A DNA stretch of 64,000 bases from Isurus oxyrinchus (lineage: Eukaryota). Made by a program: the position numbers and the translations under genes. Each line of letters begins with the position of its first letter. Within the stretch, counting starts at the first letter, position 1. The stretch is from contig JANJGN010000036.1 in the NCBI GenBank assembly GCA_026770705.1, positions 3,472,001 through 3,536,000 on the forward strand, written 5' to 3'. Shown in pieces: positions 47,700 to 62,729 of this stretch. The notes under the pieces are model-generated. The model saw only the letters and a list, made by a program, of their open reading frames with translations, made no database searches and had not been told where the DNA came from.

Positions 47700-50600
47700 T
47701 AATTTCTCTGCTTCTCACTCTTTCTGTCTCTCTGCTGCACGTTCTCTATCTCTCCCTTTTTTTCCTCTCTCTCTCTGCCTCTGACTCTCTCTCTCTCTCT
47801 GCCTCTCTCTATGTCTGTCTCTTTCTGCCCCTCTCTCTCTCTGCCTCTCACTCTCTCTCTCTTTCTGTCTCTCTCTATGTCTCTGTCTCCCCTGTCTCTC
47901 TCTCTCTCTCTGGCTCTCATTCTCTCTCTATTTCTGCCTCACTCTTTGTCTCAGTCTCTCCCTGCCTCTCTCTCTCTCTCTCTCTCTGCTTCTATGTCTC
48001 TGTCTCTCCGTCTCACTCTCTCTGTCTTTCTCTCACTGCCACATTCTCTCTGCTTCCCTCTGCCACACGCACTCTCTCTCTCTCTGCCTTACTCTGTCTT
48101 TTTCCTTTAATTCTGACTTTTCTCTTTTTCCCTCTGACTTTTCTTTTTCCCTCTGAAATTTTCCTTCTGAATTTTTGCTTTTTCCCCAGCTTTCTTTTCC
48201 CCTCTGACTTTTTCCTTTCCCCGCTGACTTTTCCTCTCTGAATTTTCCCCTCTATCTTTTTCCCTCTGTCTTTTCTCTTTTTCCGTGACGTTTTCCCTCT
48301 GACATTTTCCCTCTCTCTTTTCTTTTTTTCCTTCTGTCTTTTCCCCTCTGTTCTTTTACTCTTTTTCCCTCTCGCACTCTATTCCCTCTCTCACTCTATT
48401 CCCTCTCTGTCTCTCCTCCATCCTCTCTCTCTGTCTAACTCCCCTCCTCTCTAACCTCCCTGCTTTACTCCCCTCCCCTTCTGTAATTTCCCCCGTGTCT
48501 AACTCCTCTCAAACTCCACCCCTTCCCTGTCAAACTCCACCCCCACTTCCCTGTCCAAATCCACGCCCCCCTTCCCTGTCCAACACCACCCCTCCTTCCC
48601 AGTCAAATTGCACCCCTTTCCGGTCAACCTCCACCCCCATGCCCTGTCAAACTCGAACATCCCCCTCCTGTGTCTAACATCCCTCTCCTGTGTCTAATTC
48701 TCTCTCCTATATTTAATTCTATCTCCTGTGTCTAATTTCCCACTCCTGTGTCTCACATCCTCTCCTGTGTCTAACGTCCTTTCCTGTGTCTAATTCCCTC
48801 TCTCCAATTCCCTCTCCCTCTGTCTAACTCCCCCCTCTCTAATTCCTCTCTCTCTGTGTCTAACTCCCCCCTCTCTAATTACTCTCTCTCTCTCTCTCTG
48901 GCTAATTTCTCTTTTTCCCTCTGACTTTTCTTTTTCCCTCTGACTTTTCCCTTTTACCTCTGAATTTTCCCTCTGTCGTCTTTTTCCTCTCCCTATTCCC
49001 TCTCTCTCCCTTTCTATTCCCTCTCTCTTTTCCCCTGCCACACATTTCTCCCCCCTGCACTTTCTCTATTCCGTCACTCCCCTCCTCTCTTTGTCTAATT
49101 CCCCTCCTCTTTCTGTCTAACTCCCCTCCTCTCTCTGTCTAACTCCCCCTCCCCCTTTGTCTAACTCCCCCTACTCACCCTAACTCCCCTCCTCTCTAAC
49201 TACCCTCCCCCCTTCTCTTCCCCCCGTCTAACTCCTCTCCAACTCCCTGTCTAAGTCCACACCCCCTCCCTGTCTAACAACCCCTTTTTTGATTCATCCC
49301 CATCCTCTGTCTAATTCCCTTGTCTAATTCTCCCCTCCTGTCTAATTCTCCCCTCTTGTGTCAAATTCCCTCTCCTGTGTCTAATTCCCTCTCCTGTATC
49401 TAATTCCACTCTCTCCTGTGTGTAATTCCATCCTCTCCTGTGTCTAATTCGCTCTCCTGTGTGTAATTCCACCCTGTCCTGTGTCTAATTCCCCTCTCTC
49501 CTGTGTCTAATTCCCTGTCCTGTGTGTAGTTCCACCCTGTCCTGTGTGTAATTCCACTCTCTCCTGTGTCTAATTCCACCCTGTCCTGTGTCTAATTCCC
49601 TCTCCTGTGTGTAATTCCACCCTCTCCTGTATCTAATTCCACTCTCTCCCGTGTCTAATTCCTCTCTCTCCTGTGTCTAATTCCACTCTGTCCTGTGTCT
49701 AATTCCACCCTGTCCTCTATCTAATTCCACTCTCTCCTGTGTCTAATTGCAACCCGTTCTGTGTCTAATTCCACCCTCCCCTGTGTCTAATTCCACTCTC
49801 TCATCTGTCTAATTCCACTCTCTCCTGTGTCTACTTCCACCTTCTCCTGTGTCTAATTCCACTCTCTCCTGTCTAATTACTCTCTCTCCTGTGTCTAATT
49901 CCACTCTCTCCTGTGTTTAATTACTCTCTCTCGTGTGTCTAATTCCAATCTCTCCTGTGTCTATTTCCACCCTCCCCTGTGTCTAATTCCACTCTCTCCT
50001 GTGTCTAATTCCACTCTCTCCTGTGTCTAATTCCACTCTCTCCTGTGTCTAATTACTCTCTCTGTCTAATTTCTCCTTTTCCCTCTGACTTTTCCCTTTT
50101 CCCTCTGACTTTTCCCTCTGTTGTCTATTCCCTCCTTCTATTCTCTCTTTATTCCCTCTCTCCCTCTCTCTATTCCCTCTCTCTAACTCCCCTCCTCTTT
50201 CTGTCTAACTTTTCTCCTCTCTCTGTCTAACTCAGTCTCTCTGTCTAACTCCCCCTCCCTTCTCTCTGTCTAACTCCCCTCCCCCTCTGTCTAACTCCCC
50301 TCCTCTCTCTCTGTCGAACTCCCCTCCCCTCCTCTAAGGGTCATGAGGACTCGAAACGTCAACTCTTCTTCTCCGCCGATGCTGCCAGACCTGCTGAGTT
50401 TTTCCAGGCAATTCTGTTTTTGTTTTGGATTTCCAGCATCCGCAGTTTTCTTTGTTTTTATCGCCTCTCCTCCTCTGTCTAACTTCCCACCCCTCTCTCT
50501 GTCTAACTCCCCCTACTCTCCCTAAGTCCCCTCCTCTCTAACTCCCCTCCACCCTTCTCTAATTCCACCCGTGTCTAACTCCTCTCCAAATCCCTGTCTA

Positions 50601-50930
50601 ACTCCACCCCCTCCCTGTTTAACAACCCACCTTGTCTCATCCCCATCCTCTGTCTAATCCCCTTGTCTAATTCCCCCTCCTGTCTAATTGCCCCTCCTGT
50701 CTAATTCCCCTTCCTGTCTAAATTACCACTCCCCTCATCTAATGACTCCCTCTCTTTCTAATTCCACTCTCTCCAATTCCCTCTCTAGCTATAATTCCCC
50801 CTCTCTAATTACCCTCCCTCTCTGTGTAATTCCTTCCCTCTCTGTGTCTAAATCCCCACCCTATCTGTCTAATTACCCCCACCCCCCACCCCATGTCTAA
50901 TTCTGCCCCCCATCTGTCTAATTCCCCCTG
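47700..50930. repeat. CT-rich tract with ~22-bp minisatellite (TCTAATTCCACTCTCTCCTGTG)
   Basis: Direct reading. The cleanest units are at 49370-50060. Confidence 0.9.
50336..50460. mobile_element. Third copy of the same short Penelope-type repeat
   Basis: AAGGGTCATGAGGACTCGAAACGTCAACTC...GCCAGACCTGCTGAGTTTTTCCAGG, embedded in a minisatellite. Confidence 0.75.
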
Positions 50931-51289
50931 CCCTGAGCCCTCACCCTGGATTTTAATGGCCCCTCTAACCAGACCCCAGCCCCCAGTGAGGGAGCAGAGA
51001 TGTCGAGAGGGATATATGACACTGGGCTGGAATTAGGCTCGGTGTCATGGTGCAAACTGGGTGCTTGGCAATGGCTGCTTCCTTTACACATCCCTCCCCC
51101 TTTTTCCACAACTTAATGGGAATAAAACTCGAGAGAGATGGAATACAGGATGATCCGGATCATTCTCACCCCGACAACCCATGGCAACGAGTCCAAATCT
51201 CCCCGAGGCAGAGGGACAGAGACACACAAAGAAGACAGTTCCAGGGAGATAGGCAGAACTGAGAGCGACAGAGATAGTTTCCCTCTCCC

Positions 51290-51770
51290 TGCCTGAGAGC
51301 AGAGATTGCGAGAGATAGGCAGACAGAGAGAGCAAGGCATGGGCGAACAGAGAGAGCAAGAGATGGGCAAACAGAGAGAGCGTGAGAGATGGGCAAACAG
51401 AAAGCACGAGATGGGCAGACAGCGAGAGCGTGAGATGGGCAGACAGAGAGATCGAGAGATGCAGAGAGTGAGAGCGAGAGATGGGCAGACATAGAGAGAG
51501 AGAGATGTTGAGAGTGAGAGATGAGCAGACAGAGAGAGTGAGAGATGGGCATAGAGAGCGAGAGATGTAGAGAGAGAGAATGCTGCTGTGATGTAGATCA
51601 AAACAATGATCCACAGAGAGAGAGAGAGAGATGTGCAGAGAGAGAAAGATGCTGAGAGGCTGAGAGACAATGTGAGATGTAGAGAGAAATAGAGGAGCTG
51701 AGGGGGGGAGATTGGAAAGAACTGAGTGACAAAGTTTCAGAGAGAGAGATGCAGAGAGATTTGTAGGAAG
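51290..51770. repeat. GA-rich minisatellite (GAGATGGGCAGACAGAGAGAG)
   Basis: Direct reading. Confidence 0.85.
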
Positions 51771-54700
51771 GGATAAAAAGGGAAACTTATCATAACTTAG
51801 AGAGGTCGAGATACAAAGGATGAGGAGAGATGGGATTTGAAAGAACGATGTGAGGAAACAGTGAGGAACATGGAGGGAGGAGCAGAGATAGAGTCGCAGG
51901 AAGAGATGGAGGGATTGAACTCAGTGGGGTTATATTGGGATCGCTGCAGCACTGTCTCTTAACCTGGACCCCCTGAGTAACATCCCCCTTCCCCAACCTC
52001 CTGACACTGAACCCAATCGTCGGTGTGAATATTCCACAAGTCCTTTCTCTGGGAATAGGAATGAGTGACAAAGACACGGATACATTTTTATTATTATTTT
52101 CCTCTCTGGTTTTAGCTCTTGTCCGAGGATTCCTCGCGGCAAATCGATTCCCTCTCTGCATCGTCAATGCTCAGCTTCCAAATCCATTCTCCTTGGGACA
52201 GAGAGAGAGAGAAATGGAAATTAATTAAAACAAAGCAAAGGTTATTGAAACAAAAAAGACAGAGTAAGATCCCAGGGCTCTTCTCACTCACTTACATCCA
52301 CAATCTCGGACGGGGCGGTGGACGGGGGGAGAGGCACCATTTGAAAAACACATCCCCTGTTATTAAACACAGACAATAGGAAGAGATTTAAAACGAGATG
52401 AAGGTGTAAATGCCTCGTGACCATCCGACTCCCTCTGTGTTACACCTGCCAGCTCCAGCTGCTTTACTGTCTCATTGTAAAAAACACACAAACACTGATC
52501 ATTCCCCCTCACCGTCCCTCTCCCATTCACGGCCCCCATTCCCTCTACCTGCTCACTCCAGGGCTGCTGCTGTTTAGACACAGAATATTCACATTGCACT
52601 TTCCACTTCTAACACTGTCACCTCTCCCTCTCCCTTTCTCACTCTGTTTCTCTCCCCCTCTCTCTGTAAATATCTAGCCCACCCCATCCCTGCTCATCTT
52701 TCCCTCTCTCTCTCTCTCTCCTGCTTGATAATCTGTCGCCATTTCTGTTCTTTTTCCCTTCGTCAGGATTGAACTTGATTGAAAGGCACTCTGAAAAGTA
52801 TCTGTCTGACCATTTGAAATAATGATGCACTGTGGCCATGTTTTATATTTATCAATGATTTACTGAGAGAAATGGGGGGACGGCAGAAATGGGAACAATC
52901 CTCAATCAGCCTGTCAGTAAACTGAACTCAGGGAAGTTAGCCATGGTTGCAGTGCAGGACGGGCTGCAGGCCAGACACACACAGCAAGATCCCACAAGCA
53001 AGGTGATGGTAGCCAGGTATCCTTCTCCCCTCCCCACCCCCAAAAATGGCTAATCTACCTCTTTTATACTGGGGTCAGGTGGGGTGGGGGTGGTGGGGAA
53101 CTGATTGTTTTGCAAAACTTTTGAAGACTTCAGAGAAAACATTGAGTGGAATTAAACCCCCACTCCCCACCCCGTCTGATTCATCATCTGGCCTTCAACA
53201 CAGGGAAGATAACAGTAAATAAACAATATAAAAATAGCAAGGACAGTGGCACATTTAGACATTCAATTCAAGGAGCTCAAACATTGGAAAATCAATACAT
53301 TAATGTTTACAATTGCAGCGCACAGCAGGATCCCACAAACAGCACCACGAGGGACATGGCCACAATGGTGAAACTCCAGATCCTGTGTCTCCCTCATAAC
53401 CGCCCCTCCTTCCATCTGTTACCTCCCCACTCAATATTTCCCTCAATCTATCCTCTTTCCCACCTCTCCCCCTCTCTCTCGCTCTCTGTTTCTCACATGC
53501 CAGAATATGGAGAGGCAGAGAGAGAGAGAGAGAAAACCACAGTCAGGGCCTCAATAAACTCCATTCAAAATGGTTCCTACACATTTCATTAAAGCCTCAA
53601 TTCATCGCAGTGTCTAAAACAGCAGCATTATTCGGGGCAACAGCTTCATGTGAACAAGTTTCACTTCAGGCCCTCCCGCCTGCTTCACCAGTCGGTGAAT
53701 TACTTTTCAAATTGTGCTCCCTGCTGGTCATTTGGGAAACCCTGTTGGTGTTTGCGCACAGAAAGATCCCAAACACTGCAGTGTGCTCACAGTCTATTCA
53801 AAGTGGTTTAGGTTGAGAATTGGTGAAAAGGCAAGGCAGGGAAATATCTTTAAACAAAATAGCACAGATTGGCCCCTCAGTGACACAGATTCTTTTCACA
53901 AACCCAACATTCTGGAAGGCTGAGATTGAGGGTCTTTTCTCCAGAGACTGGGAGCCGGGCAGTGACTGCACGCCAGAGACTCCCAGATCCTCATCTCTTC
54001 CCTCCCTGCCCCTCCATCTCCCTGTTTCCCTCCCTCCCCCCTTTCTTTCTCCCTCCCTGATGACTCACAATTGAAAGAGGGAGAGAGGCAGCAAGAAAAC
54101 ACACAATCACATCCTCAATCAAATGAATTCAAGAGGCTGCTGCACATTTTGTTTCACCATCATATTCATTGCCTAAAACACGGGCCTTATTGGGAAGTGC
54201 AGACAATGCTCAACCCCTCCCCCGAGGGGCCTGAAATTAGGTCGTGAATTGGGCCCAGTCACAGATTGTGCATTAAATCTCAGGGACAGGAAAGGCCCCA
54301 GTCTAACAGAACATTCCTCTCCCTCCACAGCTCAGCCCAAACCTCACAGACAGGGCTGGAGGTAGTGAGAGGAAAATGGGACCCACTCCCCATCAACCCC
54401 CACTCCAACCCCCTCACCCCCCACCCCCCACCCCAACCCCCTCCATCCCACACCCCACAATTCAAATAAAGAAAACTCACACTGGGACTTTTCTATCAGT
54501 TTACTACAAGATGAAGTAGAAAAAGAAATGTCTGGAAAGAGAGAGGGAGAGAGAAAGCTGGAGTGACAGAAACAGGGAAAATCCACCCCCTCCCCCAGAA
54601 ACCCTCAACCTCCCACAAAGACAATCCTGGGGTTTAGAACAAGCCTTTACCCAGGATCAGGGTCTTTTCATTTGAATGACAGTCAATGAACTGGTTTTTC

Positions 54701-57700
54701 TTTAACATCGTGTGGTGCCTGTTGGAGTTCAGGAAAAGTTGCAGGCCATTTCTGCAGAGGGGGATCCCACAGGCAGCAATGTGGCGCTATCCGGATGGGG
54801 ACAGGGAGACAGATTCCTTCCCCATCCTCATGCCTGCTGTAATCCTCCCTCTCCCTCTACCCCGGGCATCATGTGTGCTCTGAGTCTGGACACATCCCCA
54901 GAAAGGCCTAAACTCCCTCTTTAAACCAGGAACAAGCTGCTGCTACCTTGTTGAGACTTTTTGAAATCTCCATCCCAGCATCGATTTTTACAAACCAGGT
55001 ATCCCCAGGAGGGTGTGACTGAGGCTTTTCTGCAGGGACTGGGAGCTGGGCACTGACTCCACATTGGAGGCCCCCTCTCCCGATATCCTATGTCTCTTCC
55101 TCACCCCTAACCCCCTGCCTCCGTTTCACTGTCTTTTCCTGTTTCCCTCACTCTCCTCTCTGTCTCTCTGTTGTAACATCGGGACAAATAGAGAGACAGA
55201 CTGAATTCAGATGACTGCTCCAGCTTCCAATTCATCGCCCTGTCTAAAACACCAGCATTATTCAGGAATTATCACAATCTTTTACACACTTTCACAGTTT
55301 GGACTTGGTAAAGGACTCCTGAGGGACTGGAAATTAGTCCAATCAGCACATTTTAAATATTTAACTCATTGTGGCACAGTATGAAACACTGCAGGCATAT
55401 TGTGCAGAGCAAGATCCCACAGGGGGCAGTCTGTTTTGGCTAGCATTTCTTAAACTGGGCAAATATTTACACACAGAGAGAGGGAGCAATTTGGAGAGAG
55501 ACTAAGACAGTGCAGACCTCCCCCTTCAGAAGCTCACAAAGACTGAGTGCTTTACAGTGAAGGAATTAATTTTGAAAATACACTCATTGTTAGTGAGTCA
55601 CTTGCTTCACCGCCCCTGACTTCATTTTTGCAATTCAGCTTTTCTAGAAGGAGGTGACTGGGAGCTGGGCAGAGTCTCCACATTGGAGACCCCCAGACCC
55701 TGTGTCCTTTCACCCCCCTCTTGTTTTGCTATCTCTGCCTCTCTTTTTCTCTTCACTCATTCCCCCTTTGTCTCTCTCTCTCTCTTCACACATTTCTCTT
55801 ATTAAGGGAGAAAGATGGAGAGACTGAGGGAGAGAGAAGATGCTGAGAATTTTACAATCAGATCAGTGAAGTGAATTAAATTGGCTATTGAGCCTTTACC
55901 TTTCACTGTTACATTAATTGCTCTCAGACACGCGCCCTGTGTTCTTGGTGAATTAGACCCGGGTACAAGTTCCGGCCTTTTTAATCCCACACCCCTGTGA
56001 GTGCTGGATAGAAATGCGCTCTGGGAAGTTCCTGTCTTACTATCTCAAACAAAAATGCACACCACACTGGCCATGTTTTATATTGACAATTCCAAAATCA
56101 GATCCCCCCCCTCCCCCAGTCAATGAAATAGTTATTAGAGTTGCAATTAAGGCAATTCTGCACAGCAGGATCCCATGAGCAGTCCCACAATGAAGGAGTA
56201 CACCCCCCAGATCCTGTGTCTCCTTCCCCTGCCCCTGAGCCCCCAACTCCCCCACCCCCTCTCTGTCGAACTGTCCTTCATTCTGTTCCTCTTTCTCTCA
56301 CTGCCCCCACCTCTCCCTCCGCACCCTCCTCTTTCCCCTCATTCTTTCATTTTTAAAGTGTGGTCACTCTTGTGGTCAGGGTGGTGGGGGTGGGGGGGGT
56401 GCACACAGACCATGTGTACACAGCAAGAACCCACTCCCCACCTGCTTGTGCCCAGTTAAAAAAGTTTTGGTTGAGAATTGGGGGAAAGTGAGTGGGGCAT
56501 GGGCCTCACCCCCTCTCTGTCCCCCAACACCCCCCAATTAAAATAACCACAAATCACATTGGTGTTTTTATACATTTTATTGAAAGATGAAATATGGACA
56601 GAATTGGTTGTAGAGGGAGAGAGAGAGAGAAAGATGGAGAGACAGAGACTGGGAACTGCTCTCCCCCCACCCTCACCACCAGCCACCCCTCCAGCCCCCA
56701 GATCTACATTAAACTGAATTCAAATGGCTGCTGCCCCTTCCATTTAATCCAGGAAACCCCATGGCCCAGCCTGTCTAATGCACATGGACGTGACTCTGCG
56801 GGTGAGGAGAAGCCTTCACACAGGCTCCGGATTCTCATTTCAGGCTCTCACTCTCTCTCTCTCTCTCGCCGACTGCTTCACCCTCCATGAACCCATTTTT
56901 ATCAAGTGTGGTCACTGATGCAGTTCAGGAAAGGCTGGTGGCCTCTGTGTATTTTTTACACAGCAGGATCCCATGGCTTTCCGTATCTCCACACCTGCTG
57001 TGAAAGCCTCTCTCTCCCTCACTTCCCCGTATAGATTCCCCAGTCTGGGGCCATCACCTCAGTTCACCCACCCCCCACCACCCCCCCTACACCCCGCACT
57101 ACAACCCCATGAAAGGCTGAAACTCAAACTGGGAAGCAGCTGGATTCTCTCAGGAGACATTTTTAAAATCACTGCCTCAGGATTTCAGTTGGTGTAAAAT
57201 CCCACTTCTGGAAGGGCCTGACTGGGAGCTGGGCAGTGACTGCACACGAGGAGCCCTCTCTCCCCCAGGACCCTGTGTCTTTGAACCCCCCAACTCAACT
57301 CCGCTCTGTTTTGTTATCTCACCCCCTCTTTCCCCTGACATCTCCTTTCTCTCTGTCATGTGGGAAAAGGCCACAGGCCACTGTGGGCACAGCAAGATCA
57401 GCAGGATGGTGAGAGAGAGAAATCTACAAACAGAAGCAGCAAAAACTGCATTAAAATGGTTCCCCTTATCCCTCATCTGTCTCCAGAAGATGTTAAATTC
57501 CCTGTCTTATTTTGAAATTATAACAAGCTTTTAAACAGCTTCAGGTTTCAGATTTTTAATCTCATCTTTGTCATACACCAAAGGTTTAATGTGTTTGTGA
57601 TTAATTGCAAGGCCGTGCTCTTTTCACACAAGGATTTCCAAATCCAGCGCCCCATCTCGAACAGAAACCATTTCATCGATGACCCAAAAACCAGGGTCCC

Positions 57701-59319
57701 TCACAGATTAAAATTAAACCTCAGGACATAAAGAGACACAACTCATGTGGGTGGGTGGATGTGGAACAGGCCTGACTCCATACATCCAAGCTCGGGAAAA
57801 GCTCCTGCCCTTGGATTCGTAGTCACATTGCAGTCTTCAAACCCCAAATTCCTGGTGAAAAGAGAGAGAGAAAAGAATTGACTAAAACACAAAGCAAAAA
57901 CATTTCTGAACAAAATAGCACAGCAAGAGCCCAGGATTCCATCCCCATCCTTCACAGTTACACTATCTCTCAGCAACATCCAAATACAAAAATATCCCAG
58001 TTATAAACCAGAGGCTAAAACAGATTGAGAGACCGGTCGGTCCCTCCCCTATGTTTCTCTTTGTATCTCTCTCTCCTTATCTCACTCACAACCCAGTCCC
58101 CCTCACACTGTCTCTCTCTCTCTCTGTCTCAGAGATAAAAATTAAAACTTGATCGGGATAATAAACAGACACAACTCACGTGGGCGAAGCCTGTGGACCA
58201 GGCCTCAGTCTATCCCCCTCTGGAAGAAGCTCCTTGTCCTTGTCTCAAACTTTCCCTCTTTGCATCCTCACCTTCCAGGTTTCAGATTACAAATTTCTCA
58301 GTAGAAAAAGAGATAAAATTGGTTAAAAAGACAAAAACAAGGACATTTTTTTCAAAACAATATCGCACAGCCAGAGTTTCCATTCTCAAGTCAATCTCTC
58401 AGCAACTTCCCAACACAAACAAATCACAGTTTGAAAGCGGAATGAGACACATAGAAACACACACAGACATTGAACCAGAGTGAGGAGGGTGTTCATTCTC
58501 TCCAGAGAGAGAGTGTACAGGGAGTTTGTTGGATTGGGACTGGTTTGGGAATATCTTGATCCACATTTATCCTGAGTGACCTGTATAAAGAATCCACCCC
58601 CTGATTCTTGGACATGTTTGGAATGTCTCTCAATCTCTCCCCTCAGAGCCCCGTCCATTGAATGTTAATCCCAGGACAGGACACCTTGCTGATCCTGTCC
58701 ATTGAGGTGTTAATCCCAGGACAGACATGGTTTCAACAAGGGTCTGTCTTTATTTTTGGGTTAATTTTAAATCTATATTTCTTTCCCATACTGGTTGTGT
58801 TACTCCAGTTCCAAACCCTGATCTCACACAAAGCCCTAAAACACTGGCAGTAACACTCGCTCCCCCACGACACACAGGAAGTAGACAGAGAATGGGGCTT
58901 TTTACTGAGGTTGTGTCTGTGGATGTTTTACTGACCTCACTGTGGATTGTACAGTTTGTGAGTTTGTCCCTCTGTGTGTGTCCCTCTGTGTGTGTCTCTG
59001 TGTGTGTGTCTCTGTGAGTGTGTGTGTGCGTGTGTCTTGTCTGTCTGTGTACATTTGTGTGTCTGTGTGTATGTGTCTGTGTGTGTGTGTCTGTGTACAT
59101 CTGTCTTCTGGAGTATCTCCCTGTCTCCTGACACTTCCTGCGCTGCCTGGTGCAGACATGTAAAGAACTCGAGTTAGACACAACCTCAAACCCCTGCCCT
59201 CCATTTGAAGAGTAATTACTCTCTTTCTTACCACCCATTACCCACTTTCTTCCCACCCAGATGAAAGATCATCCTCACTGTGAGGGGTAATAAATTATCT
59301 CATCCCATTTCTTACTCAT

Positions 59320-59680
59320 CTCTCTCTCCCTCTCACCCCAACCCTCTCTCCCTCTCACCCTAACCCTCTCTCCCTCTCCCCCAACTCTCTCTCCCTCTCA
59401 CCCCAACCCTCTCCCCCTCTCACCCCAACTCTCTCTCCCTCTCACCCCAACTCTCTCTCCTTCTCACCCCAACTCTCTCCCTCTCACCCAACCCTCTCCC
59501 CCTCTCACCCCAACACTCTCTCCCTCTCACCCCAAATCTCTCTCCCTCTCACCCCAACCCTCTCTCCCTCTCAACCCCAAGCTTTCTCTCTCTCCTCACT
59601 TTCCCTCTCTCTCCCTATCTCTCTCCCTCTCACCCCATCTCTCTCCCTCTCACCCCATCTCTCTGTCTCGCCATATCTCC
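59320..59680. repeat. ~22-bp minisatellite (CTCTCTCCCTCTCACCCCAAC)
   Basis: Direct reading. Confidence 0.9.
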
Positions 59681-60099
59681 CTCTCGCCTCACCTCATCTA
59701 CCTCTCGCTCCCACACACACCCTCTCTCTCTCTCCCTCTCTCACTCACACCACACATTCTCTCTCACACAATAACACACACACACAGATATATTCTCATA
59801 CACAGACACATGTACACACATACACATACACACAATCACACTCACACAGATACTTCTCACTTTTACACACACAAATGTACACACATTCTCTCTCCATCCC
59901 TACACACTCACACACACACATTCTCTCTCTCCCTCATGCACGCACACACGTTTTCTCTCCCGCTCTCTCACACACACACACACACATGCACACACACTCT
60001 CACACACACATACGCACTCACAAACTCGCACACCCTACCTCTCTCAAATTCACTCCTGCAATCTCTCACACACAGTCTCTCACACAATCTCTCTCATGC

Positions 60100-61295
60100 T
60101 CTCACTCAGACACAAACCCTCTCACACACAATCCCTCTCACGCGCAATCGCCCTCACATGCAATTCCCCTGACATGCAATCCCTCTCACAAGCAATATCC
60201 CTCACATGCAATCCCCCTCACACGCATGCCCTCTCACACGCAATCCCCCGCACACGCGGTACCCCTCACACACAATCCATTTCAGACACAATCCGCCACA
60301 CACTCAATCCCCCCTCACATGCGATCCCTCTCACACTTAATCACCCGACACGCAATCCCCCTCCTACTCAATCCCCTTCACATGCAACCCCCTGACACGC
60401 AATCCCTCTCACTTGAATACCCCTCACACGCAATCCCCCAACACGCAATCCCCCAGCACGCAATCCCCCTCACATGCAATCTCCCTCACACACAATCCCA
60501 CTCACATGCAATCCCCCTCACACGCAATCCCCCTCATATGCAATCCATTTCACACACAATCCCTCTCACACACAAACCCTCTCACACACAATCCCTCTCA
60601 CACAATCCCTCTCACTTAATCCCTCTCATACACAATCCCCCTCACACACAATCCCTCTCACACACAATCCCTCTCACACACAACCCCTCTTACACACAAT
60701 CCCCCTCACACACAATCACTCTCACACACAAACCCTCTCACACACAATCCTCCTCACACACAATCCCGCTCACACACAATCGATCTCACACACAATCCCT
60801 CTCACACACAATCCCTCTCACACAATCGATCTCACACACAATCCCTCTCACACACAATCCCTCTCTCACTTAATCTCCGTCACACACAATCCCCCTCACA
60901 CACAATCCCTCTCACACAATCGATCAAACACACAAACCCTCTCACACACAATCGCTCTCACACACAAACCCTCTCTCACTTAATCTCCGTCACACACAAT
61001 CCCCCTCACACACAATCCCCCTAACACACAATCCTCCTCACACACAATCCCTCTCACACACAATCCCCCTCACACACAATCCCCCTCACACACAATCCCT
61101 CTCACACACAATTCCCCTCACACACAATCCCTCTCACACGCAATCGCCCTCACACACAATCCCTTTCACATACAATCCCTCTCACACACAATCCCCCTCA
61201 CACACAATTCCCCTCACACACAATCCCTCTCACACACAATCCCCCTCACACACAATCCCCCTCACAGACAATCCCCCTCACCACAATCTCTCACA
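60100..61295. repeat. 16-bp minisatellite (CACACACAATCCCTCT)
   Basis: Direct reading. It explains the long His/Thr/Pro ORFs in the track. Confidence 0.92.
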
Positions 61296-62179
61296 CACTC
61301 GCTCTCACACATTTCCTCTCTCTCTCACACGCACTCTCTCTTCCCCCAAGGTCTCTCTCCCTACACACCCTCTACACTCCCAGCTGACCCCCCCTCCCCC
61401 GCAACCCCCCTACGTTCTCTCCATTTTTGGATGAGAAAGAGATGGTGACAGAGGCTGGAGATCCCTTATGAACCCGTTTCTCAGCCTCTCTTTCTCTCTC
61501 ACCCCTTCTCTCTCAGTCTCTGTTCCACTCTGTCTCTTGCCCCAACTCTCCCTTGCCCTGGATCCTTGGCACTCTCTGTCCCTCTCTCTCACTCCATCTC
61601 TCTCACCTCAGGCCTCGGTCACTATCGCTCCCTTTCTCTTTTCCCTATCTCTCTGTCGCTCGTTGTCCTTTTCTCTCTTACACCGTGTCTCTCTCTCTTG
61701 CACTGTCTCACTACTGCTCTCTTTCCCTCGCTCCGAATCTCTCTCTCTCTGTCCCTCTCTCTCTCACCTGGTGTCTCTCTCTCTTTCTCTCTCTCTCTTT
61801 CTCTGTCTCTCGCCTTCTCCCTCTTGCTCTGTCCAGATCTATCTCTCTCTCTGTCTCTCTATCTTTCTGTTTGACTCTGTCTCTCTCTCTCATCCTGTCT
61901 TGCTCCCTCTCTCCCTGTCCCTCTCTCTTGCCCAGTATTTTTTGAGCACAAATTGGATGTGAAGCTGAGGGGAAAATATTTGCAGGGTTACGGGCAAAGG
62001 GCGGACAAGTGAGGACAGCAAAACTGCTCTTGCAGAGAGTCGACAGTAGCTCGAAGGGCTGAATGGCCTCCTCCTGCTGTAACCGTTTTGTGATACACAC
62101 ACATATTATGTTTTCATTCCCAAATAAGCTTTAATCCTTCCTCCATTGTAGGTTCCAGCACTTACACGTCACATGTGGG

Positions 62180-62675
62180 GAAAGGGATCTCCCTCCTCTT
62201 TAAGGATGGAGCAGGGACCCCCCTCTATTTTAAAGATGGAGAAGGGATCTCCCTCCATTTAAAAGAGGGATAAGGGATTTCCCTCCATTATAAAGATGCA
62301 GAAGGAATCTCCCTCCGTTTTAGAGGTGGAGAAGGGATCACCCTCCATTTTAAAGGTGGAAAAGCGATCTACCTTCATTCTAAATATGGAGAAGGAATCC
62401 CCTCCATTTTAAAGGGGGATGAGGGATCCCCTCAATTTTATAGAGGGTGAAAGTGTCTCCCTTCATTTTAAAGATGGAGAAGGGATCTCCTTCCATTTCT
62501 GGATGGAGGAGGGATCTCCCTCCATTTTTAGGATGGAGGAGGGATCTCCCTCCATTTTAAAGATAGAGAAGGGATTCCCCCTCCATTTTAAAGAGGGAAA
62601 GGGGATTCCCTCTACATTTTAAAGAGGGTGAGGGGATCTCCCTCCATTTTAAAGATGGGAATTGATCTCCTCCCA
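62180..62675. repeat. ~30-bp minisatellite (GGAGAAGGGATCTCCCTCCATTTTAAAGAT)
   Basis: Direct reading. Confidence 0.9.
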
Positions 62676-62729
62676 TTTCCTATCTTGCTCTGCTTCCCTA
62701 TCTCTTTCTCTCTCTCTCCCTATTTTCTT

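Noticed and set aside
62180-62675. CRISPR-like regular ~30-bp repeats
   Set aside because: The units are head-to-tail with no unique spacers, there are no cas genes, and the context is vertebrate, so this is a minisatellite.
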